Of a stretch of 47,306 nt of DNA, positions 33,181-45,649 are shown piece by piece. Within the stretch, counting starts at the first letter, position 1; each line of letters opens with the position of its first letter. A model generated the notes under the pieces. It saw only the letters and a program-made list of their open reading frames with translations. It did not search any database and was not told where the DNA came from. The position numbers were made by a program, and so were the translations under genes. This DNA comes from Macrostomum lignano (taxonomy: Eukaryota), in the NCBI GenBank assembly GCA_002269645.1, contig NIVC01003835.1, forward strand, positions 1 to 47,306, written 5' to 3'.

Positions 33181-34668
33181 TCAGACGAATGTGTCCTCGT
33201 CGAGGTCTGCATCCTCGCTGTAGGCATTCGATACGGCGACTGCGTGGGGACAGACCGAAGCGGCGATAGGCAGATGAGGCAGCTGTTGCAGTCGAGCTGT
33301 CTGACGTATTGTCGGGCAAGGTGAAGAGTGCACCGTGGACGCTGAGCAGTGATGATGAGTGCGTTGCTGCTGTTGCTGCTGCTGCTGTTGTTGTTGCTGC
33401 TGTTGTTGCATTAGTTGCTGCTGCTGCAGCTGCTCATCAAATTGCAGCAGAAGTTGGACAGCTCTGCTGGGCAAAGTCAGCGTTGTCACAGCACTACCAG
33501 TTGGTGAGTTCATCGACTGCTGCAGCAGATGTTGCTGCTGCTGTTGCTGCTGCTGCTGTTGTTGCTGAAGCTCCTGACGCTGTCTCCGTCGTCTCCGATG
33601 GGCAGCCCGGAGCCGCCTCCGCCTAGTCAGCAAACTGCGCACCAGTACAGCAAGCAGTGCTGCACACAGCAAACAGACGGCTAATGTCAGAGCCTTCAAC
33701 AAAAGTCCCCCATTGTTGTCGACAGCGCCACCGGCACTAACACCACTGCCGCCACCGCCTCTACCTTTATCAGCAATCTCTCCGCTGGACTCTCGACTGT
33801 TGACATTCAGCCAGAGCTGGCGCATGCACAGCGCCAGGGCTTGATCTTCGTCTTGGACGGCGCTGCTGACATTCCCAAATCCGTTGCGATCGACCGGTTT
33901 TGAGCCATTTTTCTTCCAACGAAGCAGCCTGCGGAAACAGCCGCCGGAAGTTTGTCCGTCGTCCTCCGTTGCCGAAGGTGTGAAATCGTCTGCGGCGTCG
34001 TTATTGGCTTGATTGGCTTCTTCTGACGAACTGGCTGTCGAAGCCGTTGAAGCTGCGACGTACAGCATCAAGGAGTGTTCAGTGCCGGTGCACATTGGCC
34101 GGTCGCGGCACACCAATTGAGTCATTGCGTACCGAGCGACCCGACTGGTGTTGACCAGCTCGTAAAGCTGCAGAATGTCCGACTGGCAGCCAGCAGAGCG
34201 GTTCAGATGCGCCAGCGTCACGCACCACTGATCGCCGGAGGGGCACAGTTTTGACTGGCTGTTCCAGTCTAAGCAGCTGCGCTTCCTGCTACTGCCGCCG
34301 CTGAGGTCTTGCTGCTCGACGCGGGCAAAATTATCGCCGCTTGTTGGAAGCCACGGCAGTCCCGGCTGGTTGCAGTCGGCCCGGTGTCGACAATATCGAA
34401 ACTCGACGGAAACGGCGAACTCTTCGGCACCGGCGCAGTTCAGCCGCAGCGCCAGCAGCTCGCCAGACGGTCGGGTGTACCGGCGAGACTTGCAGCCACC
34501 CGGGCAGGACTCGACTTTCAAGCAGCCGGGCTTGCCGACGCCGTCTGAACCTGCGCAACCAGCGTTGGTCAGGCAACGAATTTCCGTTGATTCCACAATG
34601 ACTGGAAGCAGTAAAAGCAGCAGAAAGGTTGTCAGGTAGTTGATTCTGCTTGTAGGATGGTGTAGCAT
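33181..34668 (-). CDS. Single-exon type I membrane protein (about 495 aa): signal peptide, Cys-rich ectodomain, one TM, polyQ tail
   Basis: Long open frame. First ATG at 34668 precedes FLLLLLLPVIVES. Cys clusters, TM LLLKALTLAVCLLCAALLAVLV, basic RRRR stop-transfer, two Q runs and C-terminal DTFV. Confidence 0.8.
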   Translation of the reverse strand: MLHHPTSRINYLTTFLLLLLLPVIVESTEIRCLTNAGCAGSDGVGKPGCLKVESCPGGCKSRRYTRPSGELLALRLNCAGAEEFAVSVEFRYCRHRADCNQPGLPWLPTSGDNFARVEQQDLSGGSSRKRSCLDWNSQSKLCPSGDQWCVTLAHLNRSAGCQSDILQLYELVNTSRVARYAMTQLVCRDRPMCTGTEHSLMLYVAASTASTASSSEEANQANNDAADDFTPSATEDDGQTSGGCFRRLLRWKKNGSKPVDRNGFGNVSSAVQDEDQALALCMRQLWLNVNSRESSGEIADKGRGGGGSGVSAGGAVDNNGGLLLKALTLAVCLLCAALLAVLVRSLLTRRRRLRAAHRRRRRQRQELQQQQQQQQQQQQHLLQQSMNSPTGSAVTTLTLPSRAVQLLLQFDEQLQQQQLMQQQQQQQQQQQQQQQRTHHHCSASTVHSSPCPTIRQTARLQQLPHLPIAASVCPHAVAVSNAYSEDADLDEDTFV

Positions 34669-36037
34669 TTTTGATGTCGGAGTCTGCAATGGCTTTCTGT
34701 GTGCGTGTGTGTTTCCGTTCGCGTTTGTGGCCTCGGGTTTTTCCGCGTTTTCGGGGTTTCCTTTTTTAGTCGACAATCGCCAGAGCAGAATCGATTGGTC
34801 ACCGGCTGCTCAGGGCTTCTCTGCTGCTCTATTCGGCATCTCTTAATCTATATTTCACGGCCTCCTTTTATACCTCCAGTCTCTGGCGTGTTTGATGCGG
34901 ATAGAAAACGAGAAGGCGAGGACAGGTGGGACGGAGCGATCGGTAACCTGCAAGCCCCTATTTTTCCCTTTCTTCTTCCTCTGTCTCTGACCTCGTCTTC
35001 CTGTCCTTGCAGGGCACTAGCGGCTTAATTCTGCACTCCGGACTGGGCTTGAGTAGGTCTGTGCGTCAATATTATAACAAAATGCTACTCAACACTTGTG
35101 TTTGCAATGAGACTTAACCCGTATGTACTACACGTTTACGGTTATAGTAGGGCGGTCGCCGTAAAGTCCCCATTTCTTTTTCACATGCTGACTCTCTCGC
35201 TCTGATGGCCGGAAACAAGCTGTAGCGAGCTGGGTGGAGTTCGGGGTCTCATCCGAGTAGAGAGAGCGAGAGGGACATGCAGGATGAGCTGAGCTGGGAT
35301 CTCTTTCAACTGCTCCAGAGCTAGACGAGTCTGGATTAAGCCTGCGATAATTAATGCTTTTTGTCGTGGCGTGTAGGGCTCGGCCTGCCATGTTCAAACT
35401 GGGATGGAAGCATAGAGGGGAGCAGGGAGGCCAGCAGTGCATGCACAGCTCGCAGTGGAGTGCTGAAACTGGGGGCGAGAGGTGCAGCACGAAGCTAACA
35501 ACCAGACCCGCGCGGTTACTCCCGATTTTCAAAAAAAACTCGCCCAATCTGTAAACTCCTCGTCCCTGCGTCACAATTCCCCTCTCTCACCAAATTGCTT
35601 TCGAGTTTTGTAGCGCAGTGGAACAGGGGGCTAAATTCATCAAGTAAATTTGTCGGAAGTAATTTTATAATCATCGCATCGCATTCGGAAATCGATATCC
35701 GATATTTTTTGTCGGGAGAACTTTTCCAGTCGATAGTTGGGAAACACTGCATCATGTAGTTAGGGACCAAGCGGAATGCAAAATTACGCCAAATAAATTA
35801 AAAGTTAAAACATGATAAAATCGGGAGGTTTTTATGCGATCTGATCCCAGAACTTCTGTAGCTATGATAAATTTATCATTATTGATATTGCTGACCGAGA
35901 GAGTTTATTCGGTGTGGAAGTCAACGACGAATCCTAGGACAGCTCGACTGTCACTTTTGGGAGTCGCAGCTCTTGGTCGGGTTTTCTACGGCTCTAACTC
36001 ACTCACTCAACTCACTAACCGCAGTCAAACCTGCTTA

Positions 36038-36856
36038 CAGGGGCGTTGCCACCGGCCGGGGGGACGGGGGCATGCAAATGCTTTGTCCCCCTTATAAGGA
36101 TTAGATATTAGCAAATGATCGGGCAAGCAAACAGAAGATTTGTTAAAGGGCAATTAAAAAACACATTTAAGTCAAGCAAGTCTAAGTAAGACAATTAGAA
36201 GGACATCATGAAAGCGAAGCAAGCAAACTATAGATATGGTAAGAATTAAACTGCTACTTTCCCCCAGATTTCAGGCTAAGCTTTAGAGATGACTTTGACG
36301 CCAACCGAGGTATAAACGTGCGAATCACTCCTAGAATGAGACTCGCTAATGAACTGACCTTTAACAATCGCCTGATGCGACCAAAAAATAACCGATTTCC
36401 AACTATCTCTCTCGCCCCGTAGCAACGCGCTAATCTAATGTTGCTGCGTCTGTTTCTTAGCCCTGCCGTTGCTAATCAGCGGCAGGGGATGGCGTGTATC
36501 TAAAATATATAAAATAGACGCGGCCTCGGTCTCTGAAACGGGCTCTCATTTATAGTCTGGACTCCGTTTGCAGTCCCGCAAACCTCTGGTGCTATATTAT
36601 TCTTTTGTGCTAAAGACACATCAGAGTTACGTAAGAGCGATCTCTATTGTAGGCCTTCTGAGATTCGGAAGGTAGTAAGTAAATCAGGTAAGATTAATCC
36701 GCTAGATGAAAGAACATTAAGAGAAATAGCCGGAGACCAAGAAGGGTCTTACACCCCCAGCCCCACCTTGTGACCCGTTGTGGAAATCTATAATTTTGCT
36801 TCAGGCCAAAATGCTTTGCCGCCCTCCACACCATAAAACCCATGGCGACGGCCCTA
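36038..36856. mobile_element. Possible hAT-like MITE
   Basis: Imperfect termini CAGGGGCGTTGCCA and TGGCGACGGCCCTA (11/14), similar to the 6942 element. No clean TSD. Confidence 0.3.
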
Positions 36857-38856
36857 CTTAACTTGTCAATTGGTTTCTCAAAAAAGTGCAGAGCTGAATT
36901 ACTAAATTATAGTTGAAGTTCTTTCAAAATTTCAGTTTCATATCGAAAGAATGAGAAGGAAATTAACGCATTTTAAGGAAATACATCGGTATAATATAAT
37001 TTGCCTTAGCTACAAAACATGAGCTCAGAATCCAACTGGTTCATAGCTATTGGACAATGGCAAGGACAATGGCAATTAAAGTATGGTCGCAGGTGAATAT
37101 TTATTACTTTCTAATATTATAATCAATGACACCAATATGAATAAAATTTAATAATGCATATATAAAAGTGTAAATGCCTTTCAAATAAACAAGCTGGGAT
37201 GAAATGCATATTTGCCTAGTGGCTAATATGCATTATCCATTCAATATTGACCACGCAGCCATGGAGCTTTTAATAGGTGTTCCCCACATCCCACACTAAA
37301 AGGATTTCTCTGTTCTCAATCGATATGATTAAAAAATAGTTAAGGGACAATAGAAGGTGCATGAATCCCTCCGCGTTTGCTAAGGTGACTATTCCAGTAA
37401 TAAAGACGCGCATGCAGTACCTGTAATCTTAGGTTTGATTTTTAGTTCCTAATTGCACAGAGGAATCGTATTTAGCAAATTTGCTGCTAGTTTAAGTGCG
37501 TCACGTGATCGATTGAAAAATGTAAACAATTAAAGCAAAGATAAAACTACGCTCGTAATCGTATTAGTTTAAACTTATTTTAGAGTCTACAAAAATATTT
37601 CCAAAAAACAGAAAAACCAAATTGACCAAAAAATGCTAAAGCAATGCAAAATAATTGGATTTAAATGATCAATATTGGCTATGAAAATGCTGATAGCCAT
37701 GATATGCTAATGGAGAGAAGGAGCAGAGGTATGATTCGATGGAAGTTGGTGACATCGTAAGGCATTCTGGGCTTGGCCGAAAAAATACAGCATCGATCCG
37801 ATTTGATTTTGGTTTTTTGATTTTATTTCGAATGGCTCGATTCTATGTATACTACTGACAGTGCACTATAAGAGAGATTGAACCAGCAATTTAGCGGGCA
37901 GTTAATGGTATATTGAGTACAATGAGTGCATTGTCTAGCAATACAATGAGTGCATTGTCTAGCAATTTTACAATCATTATTCACATTTTTATGCAGAACA
38001 ATATATTACTACAAAAATGCATTGTTTAGCAATTTGAAGATCACTATTCACATTTTTAATGCAGAACAATCCATTACTACTACAAACAATACATTGTTTG
38101 TAGGATCGTCAAGCAGCATAACAATGCAAAAAATCAGCGGTCGCAGCACGCGACAACGATTTGTCCTACTATATCAAGCATTAATAATAACCACATATCC
38201 TTAACTAAAAAAATAGAATTTTTTAAGCCACAAAAAGCTGATAAAAAGATTTTAGTTTGTTTAATCGTCGCTCGCGCCTACCGGCGCTCGCCAGACAATC
38301 GTTGTCACGCACTGGGACCGCTGATTATTGATCCATTGACTAGTGTTTCCCTATAGACTAGTCTATGGTCTGGAGAGACAATAACACGCAGCCTTGGAAG
38401 AACTTCTTGGGGTGGGGAGTTTATGGCCATAGACATTTTCTGCCCGAAAATTTGTGGGCATTGAATGACAGTTTTGACTTTGACTTAGACCTTAAATGTA
38501 GTCTATTCGTACATATAATATATTAATATAGTTAGGCTGTCTTGGGCAGAAATGAGCTGTCTTGGGCTTCGCGACTCGTCTGTTTCGCTCATTTCTGCCC
38601 TCAACAGCCTAACTATATTAGTATTGTAGCCAATCTAAGCCTGCCAACGCAGCGGGCGAGAAATACCATTTCACCCCCGCTGAATCCATTCTATGGTCAA
38701 ATTCCACTTGAAGTAAGCTATTGGCTTCATTTCTCGCCCGCTTCTTCTTCACTTGTCTATGACCTAAGCACTCGAGACCTGTCATATTAAGTCATGTTGA
38801 AGTCATGTTAGAAAGAAAAATCCATCGTGTTTTTATTCCTTTACTGTTTGTTGAAT

Positions 38857-39271
38857 ATGCTGCGTTATTCTTCAATACGCGAAGACGAAATTAGTGGATT
38901 GAGCTCAGATGAGCTCGATTTCATCACGCATCTCGATCCTCGGGACCATGTCGACAGAATCGGTCAATGGACAGGGCTGACGGATGAGCAAGAGAGGCTA
39001 ATTGATGAGGAACTACGCAATCCTACACCGGAAGATCACGTTGGAAACCTGTTTCGTGAATTGACACACTATTATTCGTCGACTGGCTGTTCCAGGCCGG
39101 TCTGAAACAAGCTTTACCGGATCGAACAGGTCGGTTGTATCGACTGGAGACGTAATCGAGAGATCGGCTACCGACTACTCTATTGCAGTCGGTAGTTCCC
39201 AGAGTGCAAGCTCACTGTTTGGAAATTGCAAGTTTGAAAAATGTACGTTTAATTTTAATCAATCAAATTAA
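38857..39271 (+). pseudogene. Frameshifted coding-like remnant ending in FGNCKFEKCTFNF (possible Crypton/tyrosine-recombinase transposon relic)
   Basis: GC-richer island. ATG ORF 38857-39105 overlaps a +1 open frame ending at 39271. Family assignment is from motif recall only. Confidence 0.3.
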
Positions 39272-41527
39272 GGTCAGAAGGTATTCCGCGTGAGAAATCT
39301 AAAGACTTTCAATGGACTATATATCTAATGTTTATCTCATGTTAATGTTAATATCTCATGTTAATGCAAATATTAGCTTAAAATATACACATAGTTTCTT
39401 TGTGCCCCTTGGGGCCATAGACAACTTTTGCTGGCGGGCAGACATCGTTGCTTTCACCCTCGTTTCGGCAGGCTTAGGACTGCTACAATAAAGGTGATTG
39501 ATTGTCTGCCGGGCAAAAAAGATCATGGCACAATCGGACTTCTGTCCAAGGCAATCCTCTATGGTTGCGACCATTGCAGTCTGTCCTAACTTTCGAACTC
39601 GTTGCTGATAATGGTACGGGCAAATGCAAACGACTCATTACACAATATTTTAAATTCACTAAGTGAACAATTACATTGCATACTCAGCAACATTGAAAAG
39701 TCGCCACGCCAAAGTCAGCATCTATCACCTGGCCAACCATTTTAATAACTAAGCTAGAATTTACTGCACACTTTCAAAGGTGGCGACTTTTTAATGTTTT
39801 TGAGTATAATTCTTGACAAAAGAATTGTCATAAGCGATTTGACTAATGCTTCCTATTACATAAAGGTAAAACACAAAGCACTTTTCACATTAAATATATC
39901 ACCTTTGAGTATTTTCTAATCTATACTTTAAAATTATTGGAGTCATGCCTATTCAATATCCTTTCGTGGTCCTTGTGTCTTCTGTTGAAGTTGTCAGTAA
40001 TCCTTAATCTCAGTTAGTCCGAATTATCATTTGTTGTCAATTTCATTGTTGAGCAGTCATTTAGTAATTGGGACTGTCACAAATTTAAGCTGCTTTATGG
40101 CTATTGAGGTCTATTATCGTCAAGGTTTACTATGGTGATTAAGGCTAATTATTTTAGTTTGATCGTTAGCTAGTCGCATTTGCTATTGCTACTGCTATTT
40201 ACTGTGCTGTTTAACTATATCAGCCGTTATTGTTAGGGAAATGAAGAGTATAGGACTTCCGCCTCTGCAGACTAAATTGCGATGCGTTTTAAACAAACGC
40301 TTCCATCTTGTTTTGTCGCAGGCCTGAGCTGGCGAAATCCCTAATCCGGAAATTTTACACTACTAATTTAAAAAAAATACACAGAATTAAAAACTACCTT
40401 AAAACTGTGTCGCAAATTTAGAAACTGACGTCAATAAAAACAGATAGATACTGGATACAGGATGCTACATATATTTCATTGCTGCATTAAAATAATAAAA
40501 ATAACCGCTTCAGGACGGAAAACGTCAATGGATTGTAAAAGTCTTATAACTCAATTTGGCACATATTTTTTGGCTCTAAACTTTGGTGACGTCAATAGAA
40601 TGATAGGCAAAAATTGCAATTGCAATTGTCACGAAAAAGTATACATAAAAGTGCAGATGTAAACTCGTAAAAGTGGCTAATTATTAGATAAAAATTGATT
40701 GATAAGAAGCATAAACTTAGAAAAGCCACAGAAAAAAGTCACAGCAGCTTACACGACACTTCAAAACGAACGCAAAATTTGTGCAAAGAAAACAATTCTT
40801 GTTACAAGCTTCTTAAAAAATAATACTTGTATGAAACACAGTTAAGGATGTTAAAAGTCCATCAATAAATTCACACGATTTATTATTATTATAACAAACC
40901 AAGATTCTTCAGCTGAAATAAAATAAATAATACTCTGAACATAAGAGGTCAAAACCAAATAAAGCTGCTGAGATATTTGTACTATGAGGTACAAAAGAAT
41001 TCAAAAAGTATAGCCGATGCTTTTTAGTCATAGAAAAAAATAAAGCAGTACAGATTAATAAATTTACTGTAAAGTGACAAACATGTTTTAAAATGTGCAA
41101 AACTACATGGTGCAGCTGTGAACTATTGATAGGTGTAGGACAAGGTGTCGCAAGAGTAAATTCGATTAGAAAAAAGCTTGTGTTTTAATGTAATAGTAAT
41201 ATCAGACAATTCATAAGAGATTTTAGATCCCAAAAAACTTAATTCAAAGACAAATATTTTTTTGCCTTTGATTTGGATAACGAGCAGATGCACAAATTTG
41301 AGAATTTTACTAAGAAGAGTAGTTACTTGTATTGAAATTCCCCGAGTATAAATTATGCGCGGAAAAAGTTGGGTACTGCTAACAGTTCTACATTCGAAAT
41401 AAAGATTACAACACAAGGACAATCGATAGTGCTACCAAACACTTAACAGTTATAGAAAAACAACTAACCTAAAAAGTTCCAATTATTAAAGTAATTATTA
41501 TGGAGAGGTTAAAAACCAGCACTTAAT

Positions 41528-42959
41528 TCAACTCGGCTCGGCTGGATCAACTGACGACTTGCGTCTGAAAAAAAGATTTGAAACGTCGTTAGCATATTCT
41601 TTACAATACCAAGTTTAAAGGTGACAAAAATTAAGTCGCTACCTGGTGTGCTTACCTGGAAAATAGATAGGTGGCTAGAAACAAAATAGAAAAGAGCACC
41701 AGTACTCCACAATAGAGAAGAATTAATTTTGGCATTCCTATCGCTTCGTACAAAGAACCACCCACTACTGGTCCCATAAAAAGGCCGAATGAAGTGGCAG
41801 AGTTCGACGTGCTCGAGATCAAATTGATAGTGGCAGCGTTGTCTTCAAAGCCATGTCTGCACGCCTCCTCTAAACAAAGTGCGTAGATCGGAACCATTGA
41901 AGCGCTAACGCCAATACCCATTAATATCAGGCCGGCAATCAAAGTCACGAGGCCGAAGCGAACTGGTATTAGAAGTCGAGGAGGATCAATTAAGAACATG
42001 CTTAATGCGCAACACAGAATACCAAAGAAAGCGATGCCGGCACCCCATTTCATGTAGTCAGATAGATATCCGAACAGAATAGCGCAAAGACTCAAAGAAA
42101 AAAACGGAATCATTAGCAGCAGCCCAATAACGGAATGCGAAAATTCAAATTTATCTAGCAAAAACGGCTCTATCACTACGCATATTGTGTCCTCAAGTAT
42201 TCCGATGATAAAAAACGTCAACATAATAACAACTACTAGTGGGATGCGTAAAAAACTGACGAAAGAAACTGGCTTCTCGTGTCCATCATCGCTGACACTT
42301 GGAATTACGACAATCGCTGCAAATGCCAATAGTAAGAGAAGACCGCCAACTGTAAGCAATGGCAGTTTGAACCCACCAACATCAAACAGGACGCCACCAA
42401 TTCCTGGTCCCAGAGTGTAACCGATCGATAATCCAGTTTCCACAACGCCATTGACAGTTGACAAACGGTCTGGGAAGACGCTGGCAAGGGTGGCAAAGGC
42501 GGCCACGAACAATATAGAAGCACCAATAGCTGATACGGCACGGAGGATGATGACCAGCACAGCGAATAGAACGCCGTTAGGACAGTACTCCAGAAAGGCG
42601 AATAGTAGCCAACAAACGCTACTAATCAGAAGTCCTCCCACGAAAAGAATTTTGTTTCCTATTTTAGTGCTAATGAAGACAACAAATGGACTGAATATGA
42701 AGTTAACAAGCTCAAAGACTCCGAATAGCAGTCCAGAGACAGTTATTGATATTCCTTTGGACAAACATACTCCGGGAAAGAATGGCGAAATCACAGAGGA
42801 GGAGGCGCATAAAAGCATAAATGAAAAGAAGCTTGTGGCCAATATCAATATTGAAGAGATGCTGAATCGCGATGGCCTTAGCTTAGTCAAGCAGTGACAA
42901 CATTGAGTGGATTTGTCCTCACTTTTTTTATCAACCAATAGAGCTGTCTCCGTGGACAT
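41528..42959 (-). CDS. SLC18B1: MFS transporter, SLC18B1-like (copy 1); exons 42959-41656 and 41564-41528
   Basis: About 12 hydrophobic helices, SVISPFFP, GLSIGYTLGPGIGGVLF (MFS motif C) and GPVVGGSL. Donor AG|GTAAGC in phase 2 joins a short last exon (RRKSSVDPAEPS*). Confidence 0.85.
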
Positions 42960-43504
42960 TGCTGATTATTTACATGTACTGTCTTCGTCCGAAAAGACTG
43001 AAATATTAGTTGGATAGTAATTTTTCGTTAATAAAATTCGGATAGAACAAAAAATATCGACAGTTTCTATGTAGTGTTTCCTAGTTCATACAAAAGAAGT
43101 TAATTTAATGCATACTGATAAGTAATAAGAATGCTGCTAGTACTGCATCTACTCAGTCGTGTATTTCTATTAACACTGATAAAAATTCCTTACTCCGATC
43201 TCTGTCTTTTCTTGTTATGCTATGCGTTTAAAGGCTCTTCGTTATTTATAAAAAACTAGTTTCTGCTAAATTGGCCTTGAGACTTCAATTAAAAATGCAG
43301 TTTGGCGTTTTTACCGTTGACAAATGTCGATGAACTGTTGAAGGAAAAAAGGTCTACATTACATAAAATTCTTCAAAAGAACACCAAAACCTATATATTC
43401 CCTTTATATATACACCAGCTATTTTCATACACGTAGACACTATTTAACAGTAGAAACGAGCTACTAAATACTATAACTATAGTTGTACGCTCGTATCTAT
43501 ATAT

Positions 43505-44426
43505 TGTAGTGACTGGCTGCTAACTAGCTATTCAGCAGCATTCACTAGCTTTCCCTAAGGGTGCTGTGATCCGCTGCACAGTAGCTCAGTCCACCTGATC
43601 TAGTGAGAGAGATACCCTGTGCTGGGCCTAAGTGTTTACTGCCCGATGACTCATCGCCTGAGCAGGCGCGGGCAGCCACACTCAATGTATTCCCACTCGC
43701 GCTGAGGAGGCGTAGCAGGATAACTCATCACCTGCGCGGAGTGTAAGGGCTGCCTAGAGGGAGTAAACAGGATGACTCATCCGCCCAAGTTCTATTTTTA
43801 GCACAGAAAAGCACGTGACTGTGCACGCACACTGTGCGTGGCCACTGACCTTGAGTCACGCCACTGCTGCGTGACAGGGTTGCCTTATTTGGAAGTTGGC
43901 CTTGAATCACGCGTCGCTCGCATGATTTTAGTGACCAAATAAGGAAGTTTCACGCGCTCACCGCATAAATTCACGTGACTTTTGGGGGTTCGCTCGCTAT
44001 AAATACGGAGCATCTGCGATCCATTATTCTCCAGATCGTGGAGCAACGCGGAGCCGATCGCGTCGTCCTGCCTAGGCTCGACCGGAGCTGCCTCTCTGCC
44101 TCCAAGCTCTCCTCTCTCATTTCAGGTTTTACAGGTTTTCAGGTTCGAGCAGCATTCAACTAAGACGATCGACTGTCGAGACATTTTTCAGATTTGCCTT
44201 TGCTCCGAGCGACTTCGTTATTTTATTTCTGGTGACGGATAGACAACTCTGCCGATGCGTCGAGTCCGCACACCAAGGTGGCAGCAACCCTACCAAGTCA
44301 AGGCTAACGTTTTAGGTTCTTTTTCAGGCAAATCGATAGGTAGTACAACGGTGCTATCTAGCTACTTCAGGAGCAGCGGGTTCTAATTCTAGAAACACCT
44401 TCAAGAACCCGAGGAGTAGTACTTCA
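43505..44426 (+). mobile_element. Solo LTR (922 bp), gypsy-like 4-bp TSD
   Basis: TGTAGT...ACTTCA termini, ATAT at 43501-43504 and 44427-44430, internal CTATAAATA (43997), GC-richer than the flanks. Confidence 0.6.
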
Positions 44427-45649
44427 ATATCTATAAAATTTCAAGTCGAATCTATTGCTACTTCAAAATTCAAACAAAAAATACAAAAAGTAAATAAAAA
44501 AGCTGCAAAATTAGTTGCAGCAAAAACTTGTATACTTTTTTAAAATCTAAAAACGTAATTTTGTCAATTATAAATTTGCTATTGTGGAAAACAATTCTGA
44601 GACAAAGCAATATGCAGAAAGTGAGCAATTGAAGATTATAAAATAAGTAGCTGAAGTTTTTTCGTGGATATAACAAAATCAATTTATTGTAAAGGGCATC
44701 AATTTGCGCCATTTGTGTTTCCCGTAGCAAAGCAATAGAATTCGAAGAATAATTGAGACAGAAATTTGCAATAAAACAGCTGCATATGTACACAATTACT
44801 ACTCGTAGAATACATTTAGTATACGCACACTACGCAGTAAATATAAATTTTCTTTGAAAAAAAATAAAAGCACAGCAAACTAAAAAGGCACTAATAAAAT
44901 GGTGTCACTGCAGACACTGAGTTTAAAGTGTAGAAAAATTGGCACAATGGAATGAAACAAAAACAGTGTAAAATTCCTAACTATAATATTATCGATATTC
45001 AAACGGTAAAACGGCAAGCACAGAAGTAGGCATTTCAACAAGTACAGGGTTTTGGTAGATCGAAAATATTAGAAGCACAATCTGATTAAGTGATGTTAAA
45101 ATTCTAGCTTAAACAGGAGTTAGTATGCGCATTAGTATGCGCATTATTATTATAAAATGCGCATACTAAGGCCGCAGATTATTTCTGATCTTATTTAAGG
45201 CAAATTAATACGAAAAAATGGGTAAATAAAAATATTCGTTCGATGTAACGTTCGATATAATCTCGTGTGCAAACCGAGTATTCAAGTTTTTTCAGTACCA
45301 ATTTAAAGCCTAAGGGCCTCAGGAGTTTCTACTGTCTCAATTTCCTTGAGTCAATAGGTAAAATACTTTATCCTCTGCAGTAATAAAGGTTTTTTAAACT
45401 TTATCCGAGATTTCCTGTTGAAATTTTTCACGGGGAGCACTTTAATAGCTAAGAGTACGGGTACTCTAAGGTAGGAAATTATAACTTCTCCGACACGAGC
45501 TCATTCTACTTTAAGTCATTTTAATAAATCATTAAATGTTCAGCGTTAAAGAAAAGTAGCTTCAGAATCAGCTGAAAATCTATTAAGGATTACAATATAC
45601 CTTATAGGACATAGTTTCGCACAATAGAAGTATATTGATATTTTAATAA

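Noticed and set aside
34669-34776. N-terminal 36-aa extension in the ORF track
   Set aside because: It starts at TTG. The first ATG (34668) directly precedes the signal peptide.
38427-38762. CCATAGACA...TGTCTATGA possible MITE
   Set aside because: Only an 8/9-bp inverted match and no TSD.
42187-42897. Plus-strand ORFs of 77 and 148 aa (and similar ones at 45935-46558)
   Set aside because: Antisense shadows of the SLC18B1-like coding strand.
45121-45168. 13-bp stem hairpin TAGTATGCGCATT..AATGCGCATACTA (Helitron end?)
   Set aside because: No CTRR terminus at the expected position and no 5' TC partner identified.
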